This document shows, in pieces, positions 38,614 to 52,522 of a stretch of 64,000 bases of DNA (positions are counted from its first letter, which is position 1; the number at the start of each line of letters is the position of its first letter). The stretch spans positions 16,988,001-17,052,000 of the forward strand of contig JBHGNT010000018.1 in assembly GCA_043228905.1 (NCBI GenBank). Reading direction: 5' to 3'. The notes beneath the pieces are model-generated. The model made no database searches. It was not told the DNA's origin and worked only from the letters and a program-made list of their open reading frames with translations. Source of the DNA: Azolla caroliniana (lineage: Eukaryota; Plantae; Polypodiophyta). A program made the position numbers and the translations under genes.

Positions 38614-41431
38614 TGATCTGCAACTTTTGCTTTGTTGTCATACTCTTTCCGTTGGAGCTTTCGACATTGTTCTTTTTTGTAGAATACGCAAAAAGGATGT
38701 TGTCGCTTACAATTGTGATCCATGAATTCGTTGGGTGTCTTGCGTTTCCCAGCGAATTGCGACTGCTTAGTCCCGGGTGCATCGTTGGGTTTCTTATGGT
38801 CCTTCTTTGAAGTGTGTTGATAGCGAATAACTATTTCGACGGCCTCTTTAAAGGATTTTGGTTCCTTATCATGCACTATCCAGTGATAGTCCGAATTGGG
38901 GATGCCATTGACAAAACAAGCTATTAACCAGTTGTCCCCTTCTAGACCCGATTTTTGGATTTGGGTTCTAGCATGGTGGACATATTCTTCTAGCGAGGAA
39001 AACTTCCTGCTAGAGAGGTTCATTAAAACTTGTGTCCATGTATCGGGCAATTTCCCCAAAGTTCGGAGCCCACGCCACTAGGCGGCGGTCTTACCCCCTA
39101 GTTCTCGGCCGACATATGCAATCTTTGTACTATCTAGCGTGGTATAGAGCTCAAAATGAGACTCCCATCTGCCCAACCATGTGTAGATTGCTTCTTCGGT
39201 TCTTTCCTTTTTTTCTCCCGTAAATGGCTTTACGACAAATGATGGTTCACCCTGACGCTCATTGGGTCTATTAGTGTCACGTTGTAAACTAATGACACGT
39301 GCCTCGAGAACACTTTGAGATTGCTGAAGTTCGGACATTGGATGAGCGGTTGAACTAAGGAAATTTTGTATTTGTAAGAAATACGACTTAATGGAGATTG
39401 CTCCAGGAGGATTTCCTTGAGTTCCTTCCGCTTGAGCGGATGACATTGGGTCGTTATTCTGAGCCATTGAATGATTATTTCTAGCAAAGAAATAGGATAA
39501 GGTTAGACAAATAGTCATAACATCAATTCATGATGCAAACATGTCATGGGCCAACATTAATCAATATCATGATCTCACGTCAATACCCCTCTAGACGTAT
39601 GAGATAAAGTTCAAGATCAGGTTAGTATGGTAACACTAAGGTGTTTTAAAAAACATGGGGGTGTCAAATGAATGTCTTTCCCTGATCTCTATATCGATTT
39701 TTTTCATGGCAGCTCCCAAGGCTCAACAATGTATGTTCGTGTCATGAATAGTTTATACATGAAAAAAATGTTAACAATAAACTATGTTTCTGTGCCCACG
39801 TATGTGGTTTCAGCTCTTTAAGTCCTATTACGAGGACCCCAAAGTGCACTTAGACCTAAAGTCTAAACATGTATTACAATCATATGTATGATAACTAATA
39901 ATGTTGTATGGTTTTGGTCATATTTGAACTCAAGACCTCGAGAACAAATGCATTAAACACTTGAGCTAACCAAATAGGTTGCTCGTGTTGAATGTTTAAT
40001 ATTTTATACGTATAAGAGATATGTGAGACATTTGCCCATATATGTTTTTTTGAAAGAAACATATATGTCAAGAGTCCTTATTTCCCTCTCGTTTACCACA
40101 AACTATGTTGGTACGTTACCTAACCTCAAGTCTCATAATTACGAGGGCTTGACCTCACATGAAGTGGGTCAAGCCCTACGTTCTCACCATCATTGTGGCT
40201 ATGATCGTTTCGTTACGTAATGAAATCAAAGTGACCAACGGGGATGTCAACAAAACAAATTGTTGAAAAAAGGATGGTGACTACGCCATTCTCATAAAAA
40301 TGTGAGGACGGCCACCAAGATCCCTTCCCCGAAAAGGACAACATTCGATATAGAAATCACGTTATAACTAACATACACATATGTATATTTATCACATATA
40401 TACGATCAAATACGTATACACGTGACCACATATGCTTATATTTAAAAAACATCATAACATCAAATAGCCAACATATGATGAAATCGAGACACGTAATCGA
40501 GGCATATAGCCTTAGCCTCTACGCACACGAAACATCCAATAATAAGGGTTAATCGTAATACGCAATTGAGGTATTGACCTCTTATGCATACGACACCAAA
40601 TGCATATCATTTACAAAAAATCGAGCTATTGACCTCATACGCATACGTAATAGATGTATGTGAACGTAATACACAATTGAGGTATTAACCTCGTATGCAT
40701 ACGACACGAATCACATATCAAATATATGTCAAATGAGGTATTGACCTCATACACATATGTAAACGTTTTATATGTAACCAATTAATTACCACTACAACAT
40801 CATTGATCAATGAAAAAAACTTTCATATTGACCATATACATGATTAGTTGGGAGAAGAAAAAATACAAAAAAAAACAAGTAAGAGTTACCGAAGTTCCTT
40901 TGTTGACCGCTATCTGGATCAAGGTCAACCTCACGATGATTGATCACCATCCATCAAGAAGACAAAAACAAACAAAGGAAACATTAGAAACATGAGCTCT
41001 GATACCAATTGTTAGAGTTATGATCTAAAGTAAGCATATGATAAGGATAAAAGATAGATAGATAGAAAGGAGAGAGAGAAAGAAGGGTGTTGATTCACCC
41101 GACTCCCGAGCGAAGGGATCGAGACGGACTCGAGCCTCAATCGGCGTCCCATACCACTGTCGTGGCGCTCGCTACAAGAGTTGGCCCACCACGAAACAGA
41201 GTCTCGACGTAGTCAAGATATGATCAAATGAGGGTAGCTAGGCCTCATATTTATAACGATACCCAAGGCCCCTAGGCAAGTTCACACTTGGCCTAATGGG
41301 TTGTCTCAATCCCAAGGATTAAAAGTAATCCTCCCCTTCTTTACACTCTCGTTTAACCCTCACTTATCTACGTGTATAGAATACTACGGTAAATTCTCAC
41401 CACGGGATATTATATGGTCATGCCTGTAACA
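38614..41431 (-). mobile_element. Gypsy chromovirus A, 5' part: 5' LTR (41431-41010), tRNA-Met PBS (41007-40996), ~1.5-kb leader, gag
   Basis: The LTR is the reverse complement of 26451-26902. PBS TGGTATCAGAGC. Gag-like ORFs at 39078-39518 and 38610-39059. Confidence 0.88.
40490..40760. repeat. Degenerate tandem repeats in the leader of element A
   Basis: Recurring gaggtattgacctc..atgcatacg units of ~55 bp, arranged as ~110-bp dimers. Confidence 0.7.
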
Positions 41432-42126
41432 ACAACAAATGCGGAATATATTGCAGCCACAGAAGCTGCCAAAGAGATGCTATGGTTGAAAAGGTTTGTT
41501 TCAGATTTGGGTTTAAGTCAACTAACTTATGTGATATTTTGTGATAGCCAAAGTGCAATAGATTTAAGCAAGAATTCGATGTACCATTCTCGTACGAAAC
41601 ATATTGATGTAAGGTATCATTGGCTGTGCTTGGCAATTGAAGATCAACTTCTACAACTCAAGAAAAGTCACACAGATGAAAATGTTGCTGACATGTTGAC
41701 GATGGTAGTCTCTAAAGAAAATCTTGAGCTATGTGTCAAGCTTGCTGGAATGAATAGAAACTAAGTGGTTCAATGGAATCTTCTCCTATGTGGCTAGAGG
41801 GGGAGATTGCTAGGTTTTTTCTATCCACATTCTATGTAAATGATCCTTGGACGCCCATAGCTTGTAATTTTTAAATATAGTGTGAAAGGGGTACACAAGA
41901 AGGCGTTACATATCTACACTATGTAACTCATTTTTATTTAGAGAGTTAAAAAGGGGGAAACGGGCATTTCTCTGTAGCAACAGATAAAAACAGATTTTAG
42001 AGTGCTCATACTCTCTTTTCGTGGCTGATTCCTTCAAGTACTCTCGAGTACACCAACACACTCAGACATCCGAACATCGCCGCCTTCGTCATCAGCCACA
42101 TGTTGTGAGTTTTGGTGGTTGGTTTT
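41432..42126 (+). mobile_element. Copia W 3' part: RNaseH end, PPT, first part of 3' LTR (from 41808)
   Basis: AEYIAATEAAKEMLWL..CDSQSAI..KHIDVRYH..ADMLT; PPT AGAGGGGGAGAT. Confidence 0.9.
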
Positions 42127-45100
42127 TGTTGAGTAATTGTTTGGTCAAATCACAATGAATGAACTGTGTTGAAATACGAATCACAGGTATGCCAGAAAAA
42201 CAGGACAACAATGGTGCACAGAGATTTAACGTGGAAACCTTAAAGCGGGAGAAAAGCACGGGAACAGAACTTCACTATGTATAGTGGATATACAACACTC
42301 CCTCGAGTCTACTATTACGCACACAACTATGGCGCCGCTCTCACTCACTCTCCTGTCTCACGCTCCCACGCTACTTCTATTCTACAAAAAATATATTCCA
42401 CTCAAATTTTTGCCCTAAGTGTATTTATACGTATACATTGTATGGGCTATTTGCAAATGTAGCCTCTGCTACGTATCATTATTATTATTGCTATAGTAAT
42501 AATAATAGTCGAACTATCAAACAGTCAACACACTGTTTTCAACTCTTCGATTGTCGGCTTTTCGAACAGTTGGATCTCCCCTGTCTTTGACTGTTGGCAC
42601 TCCTTGGTCCGATCAGTCGGATCCCCATAGTCATCGACTGTGAGCAACTTCTGGACAGTCGGTTCCTCCTCCCACTAGAGGGACATATTCCCAACAAACT
42701 CCCCCTTCATTCCTATGGGAGGAAGTCAGTCAATCTTGTCTTCTGTCGACAGATTCTGAGTCTATCCATAGGTAGGTTCTTTGTGAGCATGTTGGATCCA
42801 TATTCGTCAGTATGGATCTTCACCAAGGAAAACTCTCATTCTTCGACTCTCTCCTGCAACCAGTGATACCTTCTCTATATATGCTTGGTCCGGGAGTGGT
42901 ATGCAGCATTCTTGGCAAGATGTATAGCACTCTGGCTATCACAGTGAAGCAAGAGCTCCTTTTGATTCATCCCTAATTCGGTGAGAAAAATTCTCATTCA
43001 GATCATCTCTTTGTCGGCGTTTACCATTGCCATATACTCTGCCTCTGTAGTCGACAAGGCTACAGACTTCTGCAATCGTGACTGCCATGAAACTGCTCCC
43101 CATGCATAGGTCATCACGTACCCTGACGTGGATCTGCTCGAGTCGACATCTCCCGACATGTCCGAATCAATAAAACCTTCTAGCAGAGGTTTTCCAACAC
43201 CATACCTTAGGCATACCCTCGAGGTGCCCTTTAAGTTCCTGAGTATCCACTTCACCGTTGCCCAGTGTTCTCTCTCTCGATTACTCATATATCGGCTTAC
43301 TGCTCCTACAACAAATGCTATGTCTGGTCTCGTACAGACCATAACATACATTAGACTGCCGACGGCTGAGGCGTACGGTACCTTCCTCATCTCAGCCTTT
43401 TCCGTCTCCTCTTTTGGGCACTGCTTCGCATTCAATCTGCAATTTGTTGGCAACACTGAGTCGACTAGCTTTGCATCTGACATGTTAAATCTCTCTAGGA
43501 TCTTCGTCACATACTTTTGTTGTGACAACCATAACACCTTTTGAGTTCTGTCTCGAACTATGCGCATTCCTAAGATCTGTTTAGCCGGTCCAAGATCTTT
43601 CATGGCAAATGATTTGCCGAGAGCTTTCTTCAAGCTTCCAATCTTCCTTGTATCTTGACTGACTATCAGCATGTCATCGACATATAGCAAGAGAATCAAG
43701 AAGTCTCCTTCTTTGTACCTTTTGATGAACACACAGTGATCGACCTGTGTTTTTTGGAACTGGTGTTCCATCATGAAGGACTCGAACTTCTTGTACCATT
43801 GGCGTGGAGCTTGTTTCAGACCGTACAAGCTTTTCTTCAGTCGACACACCAGATTCTCTTTCCCTTTCTCCTCAAAGCCTTTGGGTTGCTGCATGTAGAT
43901 TTCTCTTCTAGCTCCCCGTGCAGAAATGTGGTTTTGACATCCAATTGTTCGATCTCCAGATCCATACTGGCCGCTATGCTCAGAACAATTCGAATGGATG
44001 TCATCTTCATGACTGGTGCAAATATTTCGTCAAAGTAGACACCCTTTTTCTGTTGAAAACCCTTCACCACTATGCGGGCTTTATACCTGGGCTCATTGTC
44101 GGCTTCTCCAGTCTTTACTTTGTAGACCCATTTATTCCTAAGTGCTCTCTTACCTTTCGGTAGCTCTACTAGGTCGTAGGTGTAATTCTCGTGCAAGGAT
44201 TCCAACTCATCTTGCATCGCGCTTAGCCATTTCGCTCTTTGCTCATCGGCAATGGCTTCTTCATAGCACTCTGGTTCACCTTCATCAGTCAAGAGGATGT
44301 ATTGGCTGGCATATGTAGTCGGTGCTTTCCTCTCCCTGAGTGGGTTTCTTCTTCCACTCTTTGTTGGCTCTTTTTCGGATGTCTTTGCCAACTCTTCTCT
44401 CTGCTCGGGATTCTACTCGTCAATCAACCTCTCCTAGTTGGGTAAATCCAACCCATATTCATCAATTGACCTTAGCAACTCTGTCGACTCTAACTCATAG
44501 TCAGTCGGTCTCTCTGAGTCGACTGGCTTGGATTCGGCTTTGTCGGTCAACTGTCTCCTTATAGCTGTCGGTGACGACTCACTTAGCCTTAAGTTGATGG
44601 TAGTTGGGGTTGACTGGGGAGTCAATTCCGACTTCTGTTGCTTCCAGCGTTCAATCGTCTTGTCTTCTAGAAAGATTACATCAAGACTTCTAACTACCTT
44701 CTTGTCGACTAGGTCCCATAACCTATAGCCGAATTCATCTTCTGAGTATCCCATGAATATGCATGCTTTCGACTTGTTGTCGAGCTTTGACCTTTGATCA
44801 ATCGGTACATGCATATACCCCAAACATCCGAACACCCTCAGGTGTTGGTAGGAGACATCCTTCCCTGTCCACACTCTCTGTGGGACATCACCCTTTAATG
44901 GTACTGAGGGAGACCTGTTGATCAGATAAACAATTGTGTACATCGCCTCAGCCAAATAGGATTTTGGCAGTTTCGCATGAGAGAGCATGCTCCTTACCCT
45001 CTCCATGATTGTTTGATTCATCCTCTCTGCAAGCCCGTTCAACTCTGGGGTCTTTGGCACTGTGTATTCGATCCGAATACCTTGGCACTTGCAGTATTCC

Positions 45101-46639
45101 TCAAACTGCCCTTTGTACTTGTCACCATTGTCGGTTCGAACAACTCGAGCTTGGAACTCCTTGAAAACCGACAGTACTTGATCCTTCAACTTCAGTACGA
45201 AGGCCCATGTCTTCCGACTATAGTCGTCAATGAACGTCACGAAGTACTTTCCACCTCGATGCGATGGAGTATCCACATAGCACATGTTCGTGTGTACCAG
45301 TTCCAGTGGCACTTCTCTTCTCCTCGGTGGTCTTGTGTGGAATGCTACTCTATTCTGCTTTCCGACTAAGCAGTCGATGCACTTCTCCAGGTGCACTCCC
45401 TTGACTTCTAGTAGAAGTTTCTTGTCCACTAGCAGGTGCATTCCCTTCTCACTCATGTGGCCTAGCCTCTTATGCCATATTTCTCCTGCCGAGTCGGCTG
45501 CCACATTTACTTCCGATTTGCTCAGTCGGGCATGCATCATGTATAATGTGCCTTCTTTCTGTGCTTGGGCCACTATAAGATTTCCTCGACAGAACTTCCA
45601 TTTGCCATTTCGAAAGCTACCACTATAGCCTTCATCATCTAACCTTCCAGTCGATATCAGACTCAATATGATATCGGGGATGTGTCAAACACATCCTTCA
45701 GAGTCAGTCGACACCCTGTTGACGTTGTTAAGCAAACACTTCTGACTCTGGTTACCCTGCACTCTCCACTATCACCCATCTTTACATAGCCATGATCCTC
45801 GGCTATGTAAGTCGAGAAATACTCTCTCGACGGAGTTATGTGGAATGAGGCCCCGAATCAATCACCCACGTGCAATCTTCACTTGCAAGATTTGCACTTG
45901 TCTGTTCACAAATGAACAGGAGTTCTTCATTGCTCGTAGCAATGGCCGAAGTGTTCTTCTCATCAGGAATTTTCCTGGGTTCGACATTATTTCCGACACT
46001 CTTATCTTTCTTTAAATGTCGACAGTCCTTCTGGAAGTGTTCGGGCTTTCCACAATGAAGGCACACGGGCTTACCTCTGGACTTCGATCTGGCGTGAGAT
46101 TTGTTCGTTCGTTACAGACTTCTTCTTCGCCGGTCTCTTCCTCTCCGATTGGGATAGCACTCCTTTGTCTTTCCTCCTCATTTAGGATGCTTGTCTTTAC
46201 CGTCTGTAAAGACAAGTTCTCTTCTTGACAGGAGGTGCTGGGACAATGTGCACATCAGCAGGATGGCCTGCATTGCATCATCCAAGGGAAACTTGGTCGC
46301 AGCAAGTTGATTTACATACCCCATGAATGTGCTGATGTGTTCGACGATGCTCTCACCGTCTCTGTATTTCAGCCGTACGATTTTTCTTATCAACGAGGTT
46401 TTATTGAGCGCATTCTTCCTCTCATACAGACCCGTCAACTTCTACCACATTTTATGGGCATTTGTGTCATTCGCCACATGCTGAAGGACACTTATGTCGA
46501 CGCACTGTCAGATGGTGGCCACTGCCTTTCTGTTTAGAAGTTTCCAATCCGAGTCCAATACCCCCCTGGGTATGTCTGCTCTGTCGACTGGCTCGTACAG
46601 GTCTTCTGCATAGTTTTATGAGATTAGAACTATCATACC

Positions 46640-47010
46640 TGTCATGAAGACAACATTTTGGTTATCAAGAATCGAACCCACGACTTCTTTGTCTATGTGT
46701 TGAACCCTTAACCATTGTAATAACATATATGTTGTGTGATTATAATAATTATGTTTCTAGTTATTACAAGATATTAGAATATTCTAGAACATTCTATATT
46801 ATTATAGAACATCCTTTAATATTTCATGATTATATTTCTTATCATCAAATCTAAAATATTCTAGAACATTCTAGAATACTCCATAAGGACCTATAAATAA
46901 CTATCCATACATTCATTTCAACTCATTTGGTTCAACACCAGTCTTTAGCCCTTAGCCTACTCATTGTAATCTTGTTTCATCATAATATAATCTCATTTCT
47001 ATTTCAAGTC

Positions 47011-47047
<37 letters not shown>

Positions 47048-50000
47048 ACGCACACACACACCCTCTCTCTTTTGCTCTCGCTCTCGCTCTCACCCTCACT
47101 CTATCTTCTACCCACGAGTCTCGACAGTTTGAACCGAATATTTCTATTTCCTTTTCCAATAACCCTAGCAAGCTTTCTTCTTTTCCCTTCTTTCTTTTTC
47201 TCCCTCAGTTATGGAATCCGTCAGCAAGCAAAAGAGTATATGTGTGTCCTTTCTGAGCTCGACATGCTCACGACTAAGTTTGTGGCATTAGAGCAAGAAA
47301 ATCATAGGCTACTCGGGGATTTACAACAAGTGAGTACTGAGAAAGCTCATCAATATGAGGAGTTATCACAACGGGTTCATCAACTTGAGGCTACTATATT
47401 AACATTACGAGAACAAGCGGCGAGGGTTCAAAACTCCCCAAGGGAACCAAAGATTTGCCTCCCTGCCAAGTTTGATGGTACCCGATCTTTGTTTCGAGGT
47501 TTCCTGAATCAAGTCCGTTTGGTGATTCAGTTACATCCCAATCGGTACCCAACTGATGCTGCTCGTGTGGGATTAATAGGAACCTTGCTAAGCGGTACCG
47601 CATTAGCATGGTTTGCACCACTTCTAGAGAAGAAATCACCATTGTTGGAGGATTTCGAGGCATTCATTAAAGAGTTTCAAGCTAGTTTTGGAGAGTCTGA
47701 CACCAATAGCACTAGAACGGCAATAAACAAGATTCAAAGACTCCGACAAGGAGATCGTCCCGTTTCAGCCTACGCAACAGATTTCCGTCTCTTGGCATGT
47801 GACATCCCATGGGATGAGGCAGCCTTAATGGATCAATTCCATCAGGGTTTGCGTAACGATGTCAAATATCTTCTTCTTACTTTCCACGAAGATCCAAAGT
47901 CTCTTACAGAGGCCATTAGTCGAGCTGTGCGATGTGATAATCGCCTATTTGAGCGACGTTCTGAACATCAACAAATGCTACGCCGTCAACCGGAACAAAC
48001 GTATGCTTCAATAGTCACAACACCGCCACAAGTTCCCAGACCCGTTACGAGGGATGGTCCCACTCCAATGGAAATAGAGTCAACAAAACATCGAGGGCCT
48101 TTATCAGATGCTGAGAAACAACGACATTGGGCGCATCGCCTATGCCTCTATTGTGGTGGTCCAGGACATATTGTTGTGAATTGTCCACATAAACCCAAAC
48201 GACAAGTTTACCAAGTAAGTGCACATGACAACCCTACCATGAGTTCTACTATCACTTCTAATAACTTAACTACTAAGCCTAATAACCCATGCCATGAGAA
48301 TTAATGTGTTGAGCCAATTAGAGGATGTGTTAAACGAATAAGTCCGACCAAAATAGGAGCCATTTGGTTGGACCATCCTAGATATGTAGAGTCTATACCT
48401 AGTTGTGGTTCCATTTCATCAAATCAAGTTAGTAGAGTTTTTTTTGCACAAGTCGAGCTTAGCACATCTACAAGTCATCAAGTCTTAGCCACTACCCTCC
48501 TAGATTCTGGAGCCAATTCTTGTTTCCTGGATCGCGAGTTTGCATTGACCCAAAACATCATCTTGAACAAGCTCCCGAACCCAGTAGTTGTAGGAGTCAT
48601 CGATGGTCGCCCTATAGCATCAAGTGATATAGTCGAAGAGTCTGAATCAATTCGTGTAGTCCTAGGTAATTTGGCTAGTATCATCTCATACAACATCATT
48701 ATCAATTCGTGTAGTCCTAGGTAATTTGGCTAGTATCATCTCATACAACATCATTAGTAGTCCAGAGCACTCTCTAGTTCTTGGTCTTCCTTGGTTTGAG
48801 TTACATAACCGAACTATTGATTGGAGAAAAAGAACTATTGAAGAGGTCATGGTACAGTTTGAGTCTCTTGAAACTCCAACAAAGGATCTAGGATCCCACA
48901 TGATTTCAACAATCTCTATACATCAGTTACGAGAGGATGGAAGGAAGGAAGACATGATGGTGTTTGCGTGTTTAGCAACTCCCTCATCTAGCTCACAAGA
49001 ATTCGGGGTTCAATTACCAAAGAAGTACATAGAATTCTTCGATGTGTTCGATAAGGTGAAGGCTAATAGATTACTAGAGCATCGACCCTATGATTGCCCG
49101 ATTGATTTGCAGCTAGGAAAAGAGCCTCCATGGGGGCCAATTTATAACCTTTCGCCCACGGAGTTAGAGGTTCTTCAAGAATATATCGATGAGAACCTGG
49201 TAAAAGGTTTTATCCAACATTCAAGATCTCCTACTAGTGCACCCATCTTTTTCGTTAAGAAGAAAGATGGTATGCTTGGTATGGTCGTGGATTATCGGGG
49301 CTTGACTAAAGTGACTATTAGAAACCGATATGCTCTACCATTCATCTCAAGCCTTCTAGAACGCCTCAGTGGAGCAAAGTATTTCACGAAGTTAGATCTT
49401 CGAGGTGCCTACAACCTTGTTTGAATTCGTCCTGGGGATGAATGGAAGACCGCATTCCGCACTCGCTATGGTCATTTTGAATATACAGTGATGCCATTTG
49501 GTCTCACGAATGCACCAGCAGTTTTCCAACATATGGCGAATGACATTTTTCGAGACTTCCTCGATATCTTCATCATAGTTTACTTGGATGATATCTTGAT
49601 CTACTCAAAAACTCAAGAGGAGCATGAGATACATGTTCGCCAAGTTTTGCAACGGTTACGAGAGTATGGTCTCTATGCAAAATTGGAGAAGTGTAGTTTC
49701 GACCAGTGTCAAGTGGAATTTTTGGGGTACATAGTCTCTTCAAATGGCATCTCTATGGATCCATCAAAGGTTCAAACAATTTTGCATTGGCAAACACCAC
49801 AGTCTATGCGAGATGTACAATGTTTTTTGGGGTTCGCAAACTTTTATCGCAAGTTCATCAAAGATTATTCAAAGATTGTATTGCCCCTCACTCAACTAAC
49901 GCGCAAGAATCAACCATTTGTATGGGGTATAGATGCGAACTTTGCATTTGAGGGTTTAAAGCAAGCGTTTACATCTGCACCAATTTTAATGCATGTCGAT

Positions 50001-52360
50001 CCAATGAGGCGCTTTATACTTGAAGTTGATGCATCTGATTTCGCATTCGGAAGCGTACTATCCCAGATTGGTGAAGAGGACGAACTGCACCCTGTGGCTT
50101 TTCACTCACGGAAATTTGAAGTCGCAGAAATAAACTATGAGATTCATGACAAAGAGCTTCTTGCCATTGTGGATTCTTTTCAACAATGGCATCATTTTTT
50201 GGAGGGTTCTTCTCAACAAATTATTTTCTTCAATGATCACAAAAATCTAACATGCTTCCAAAGTGCTCGAGTCTTGAATCGTCGACAAGCTCATTGGGCG
50301 TAGTTCTTAACTCGTTTTGATTTTGTAATTCCATATCGCCCTGGGATGCAACAAGGAAAAGCAAATGCTTCAACCAGGAGAGGCCGCATTTGAAAGTCAA
50401 AAGCAAATCCTCTTAGGTCCTGATCGTCTACGAGTAATGGCAATACATACTATCAACACACCAGGAGATTTGAGGCTTCTTGATTCCATTCGAGAGCAGA
50501 TTGCGACAGATGCATTCGCCCAAGAGGTTTTGAGTCATATTATCCCATATTGTGCTTCTAGCTCTCAATCTCAAAATCCTCGTCTAGACTACACCCAGTT
50601 CAATTGGCATGATGGTTTGCTTTTTCGACAAACTCTCTTGTATGTGCCTGACGGTCATTCTCGACTCAAAGTTGTGCAACAATTTCATGACACGCCAATG
50701 GCTGGACATTCGCAATCCACAAGACTTTTGAGTTGATTTCTTGCTGATATTGGTGGCCACGGCTTCACCATTTTGTTACGGATTATGTTCGTAGTTGTGA
50801 TACATGTTGCCGATCAAAAAAGCCTCGACATCATCCATATGGCCTATTACAGCCAATGCCTATTCCGGAGAGCCCATGGAAATCTATTTCCTTGGACTTT
50901 ATTATGGATCTTCCACCTTCCAAGGGATTTGATTCTATTCTCACGATAGTTGATCATTTTATGAAGATGGCGCATTTCCTTCCATTCACGAAGACCATTA
51001 CTAGTCAAGAGACAACTGATTTACTCATGCAGGAGGTGTTTCGCCATCATGGTCTTCTGGATGATATTATCAGTGATCGGGGTCCCCAATTCATCTCGAA
51101 ATTTTGGCGGCACATGTTCAAACTCTTACATACTTCTTGTAAACTCTCTTCCAGCTACCATCCAGAGACTAATGGGTAGAGTGAGCGCACCAACCAAACA
51201 GTCGAACAATATCTACGTTGTTTTGTCAACTATCAACAAGATGATTGGGTGGATTTATTACATTTGGCGGAATTTGCTTACAACAACTCCGAACATTCTT
51301 TTACTGGCTATTCCCCATTTTTTGCTAACATTGGGTACGATCCTCGTTGGACGATGCTTGAACATCTCGAACTCCCGAAAAACCCGGCTGCTGAAGATCG
51401 GCTCACTCGACTCCAAGAAATTTAGGATATACTTTTGCATCATTTATGTGATTCCCAAAACACTCAAAAGAAGATTGTTGATCGTCATCGGCATGATTCA
51501 TCGACTACGTTTCAAGTAAGAGATTGTGTATGGCTCTTACAAGGTAGCATTAAAACCATCCGACCTTGCTACAAATTGGATTATCAACGTTTTGGCCCAT
51601 ATGTGATCTCTGGTAAGATCAATAATGTGACATTTCATCTTGATCTCCCTCCTCATATGCGTCTTCACCCGGTCTTTCATGTTTCACTTTTGGAGCCCTA
51701 CACAACAAGCTCTATTCCGGGTCGTCTTACACCTCCCCCACCTCCAATTAAAGTTTCCAATGGCTCTGAATATGAGGTTGCTGCTATTCTCGACTCCAAG
51801 ATCATCTGCAACAAACTATATTATTTGGTTGATTGGTTAGGTTATACACCTAATGATCGAACATGGGAGCCTGCCGAGCATCTTGCTAATGCCTCCGACA
51901 TGGTTGTTGCATTTCACGACAAATATCCCCATAAACCAAGTCCGAACTCTTGTCTTCCGACTCGTGGAACTCGTCATCGAAAGGGGGGATAATGTCATGA
52001 AGAATCATTTTGGTTATCAAGAATCGAACACACGACTTCTTTGTCTATGTGTTGAACCCTTAACCATTGTAATAACATATATGTTGTGTGATTATAATAA
52101 TTATGTTTCTAGTTATTACAAGATATTAGAATATTCTAGAACATTCTAGATTATTCTAGAACATCCTTTAATATTTCATGATTATATTTCTTATCATCAA
52201 ATCTAAAATATTCTAGAACATTCTAGAATACTCCATAAGGACCTATAAATAACTGTCCATACATTCATTTCAACTCATTTGGTTCAACACCAATCTTTAG
52301 CCCTTCGCCTACTCATTGTAATCTTGTTTCATCATAATATAATCTCATTTCTATTTCAAG

Positions 52361-52447
<87 letters not shown>

Positions 52448-52522
52448 GCACACACACACACACCCTCTCTCTTTCACTCTCACTCTCACTCTCACTCTAT
52501 CTTCTACCCACGAGTCTCAACA
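46640..52522 (+). mobile_element. Full-length Tcn1/Tf2-like Gypsy chromovirus U; LTRs 46640-47126 and 51993-52522; gag, PR-RT-RH-INT-chromodomain
   Basis: TSD ATACC at 46635-46639 and 52523-52527. Gag carries CLYCGGPGHIVVNC; pol has LLDSGA, YLDD and a canonical chromodomain EYEVAAILDSK..YLVDWLGY..TWEP. PPT AAGGGGGGATAA. No tRNA-type PBS. Several stops and frameshifts. Confidence 0.96.
48646..48755. repeat. 55-bp perfect tandem duplication in the protease region of U (frameshifting)
   Basis: atcaattcgtgtagtcctagg..catacaacatcatt at 48646 and 48701. Confidence 0.9.

Noticed and set aside
46658-46725. Bona fide tRNA gene in the LTR (also 57750-57820)
   Set aside because: A/B boxes are present, but the anticodon and acceptor stems do not form a proper cloverleaf.
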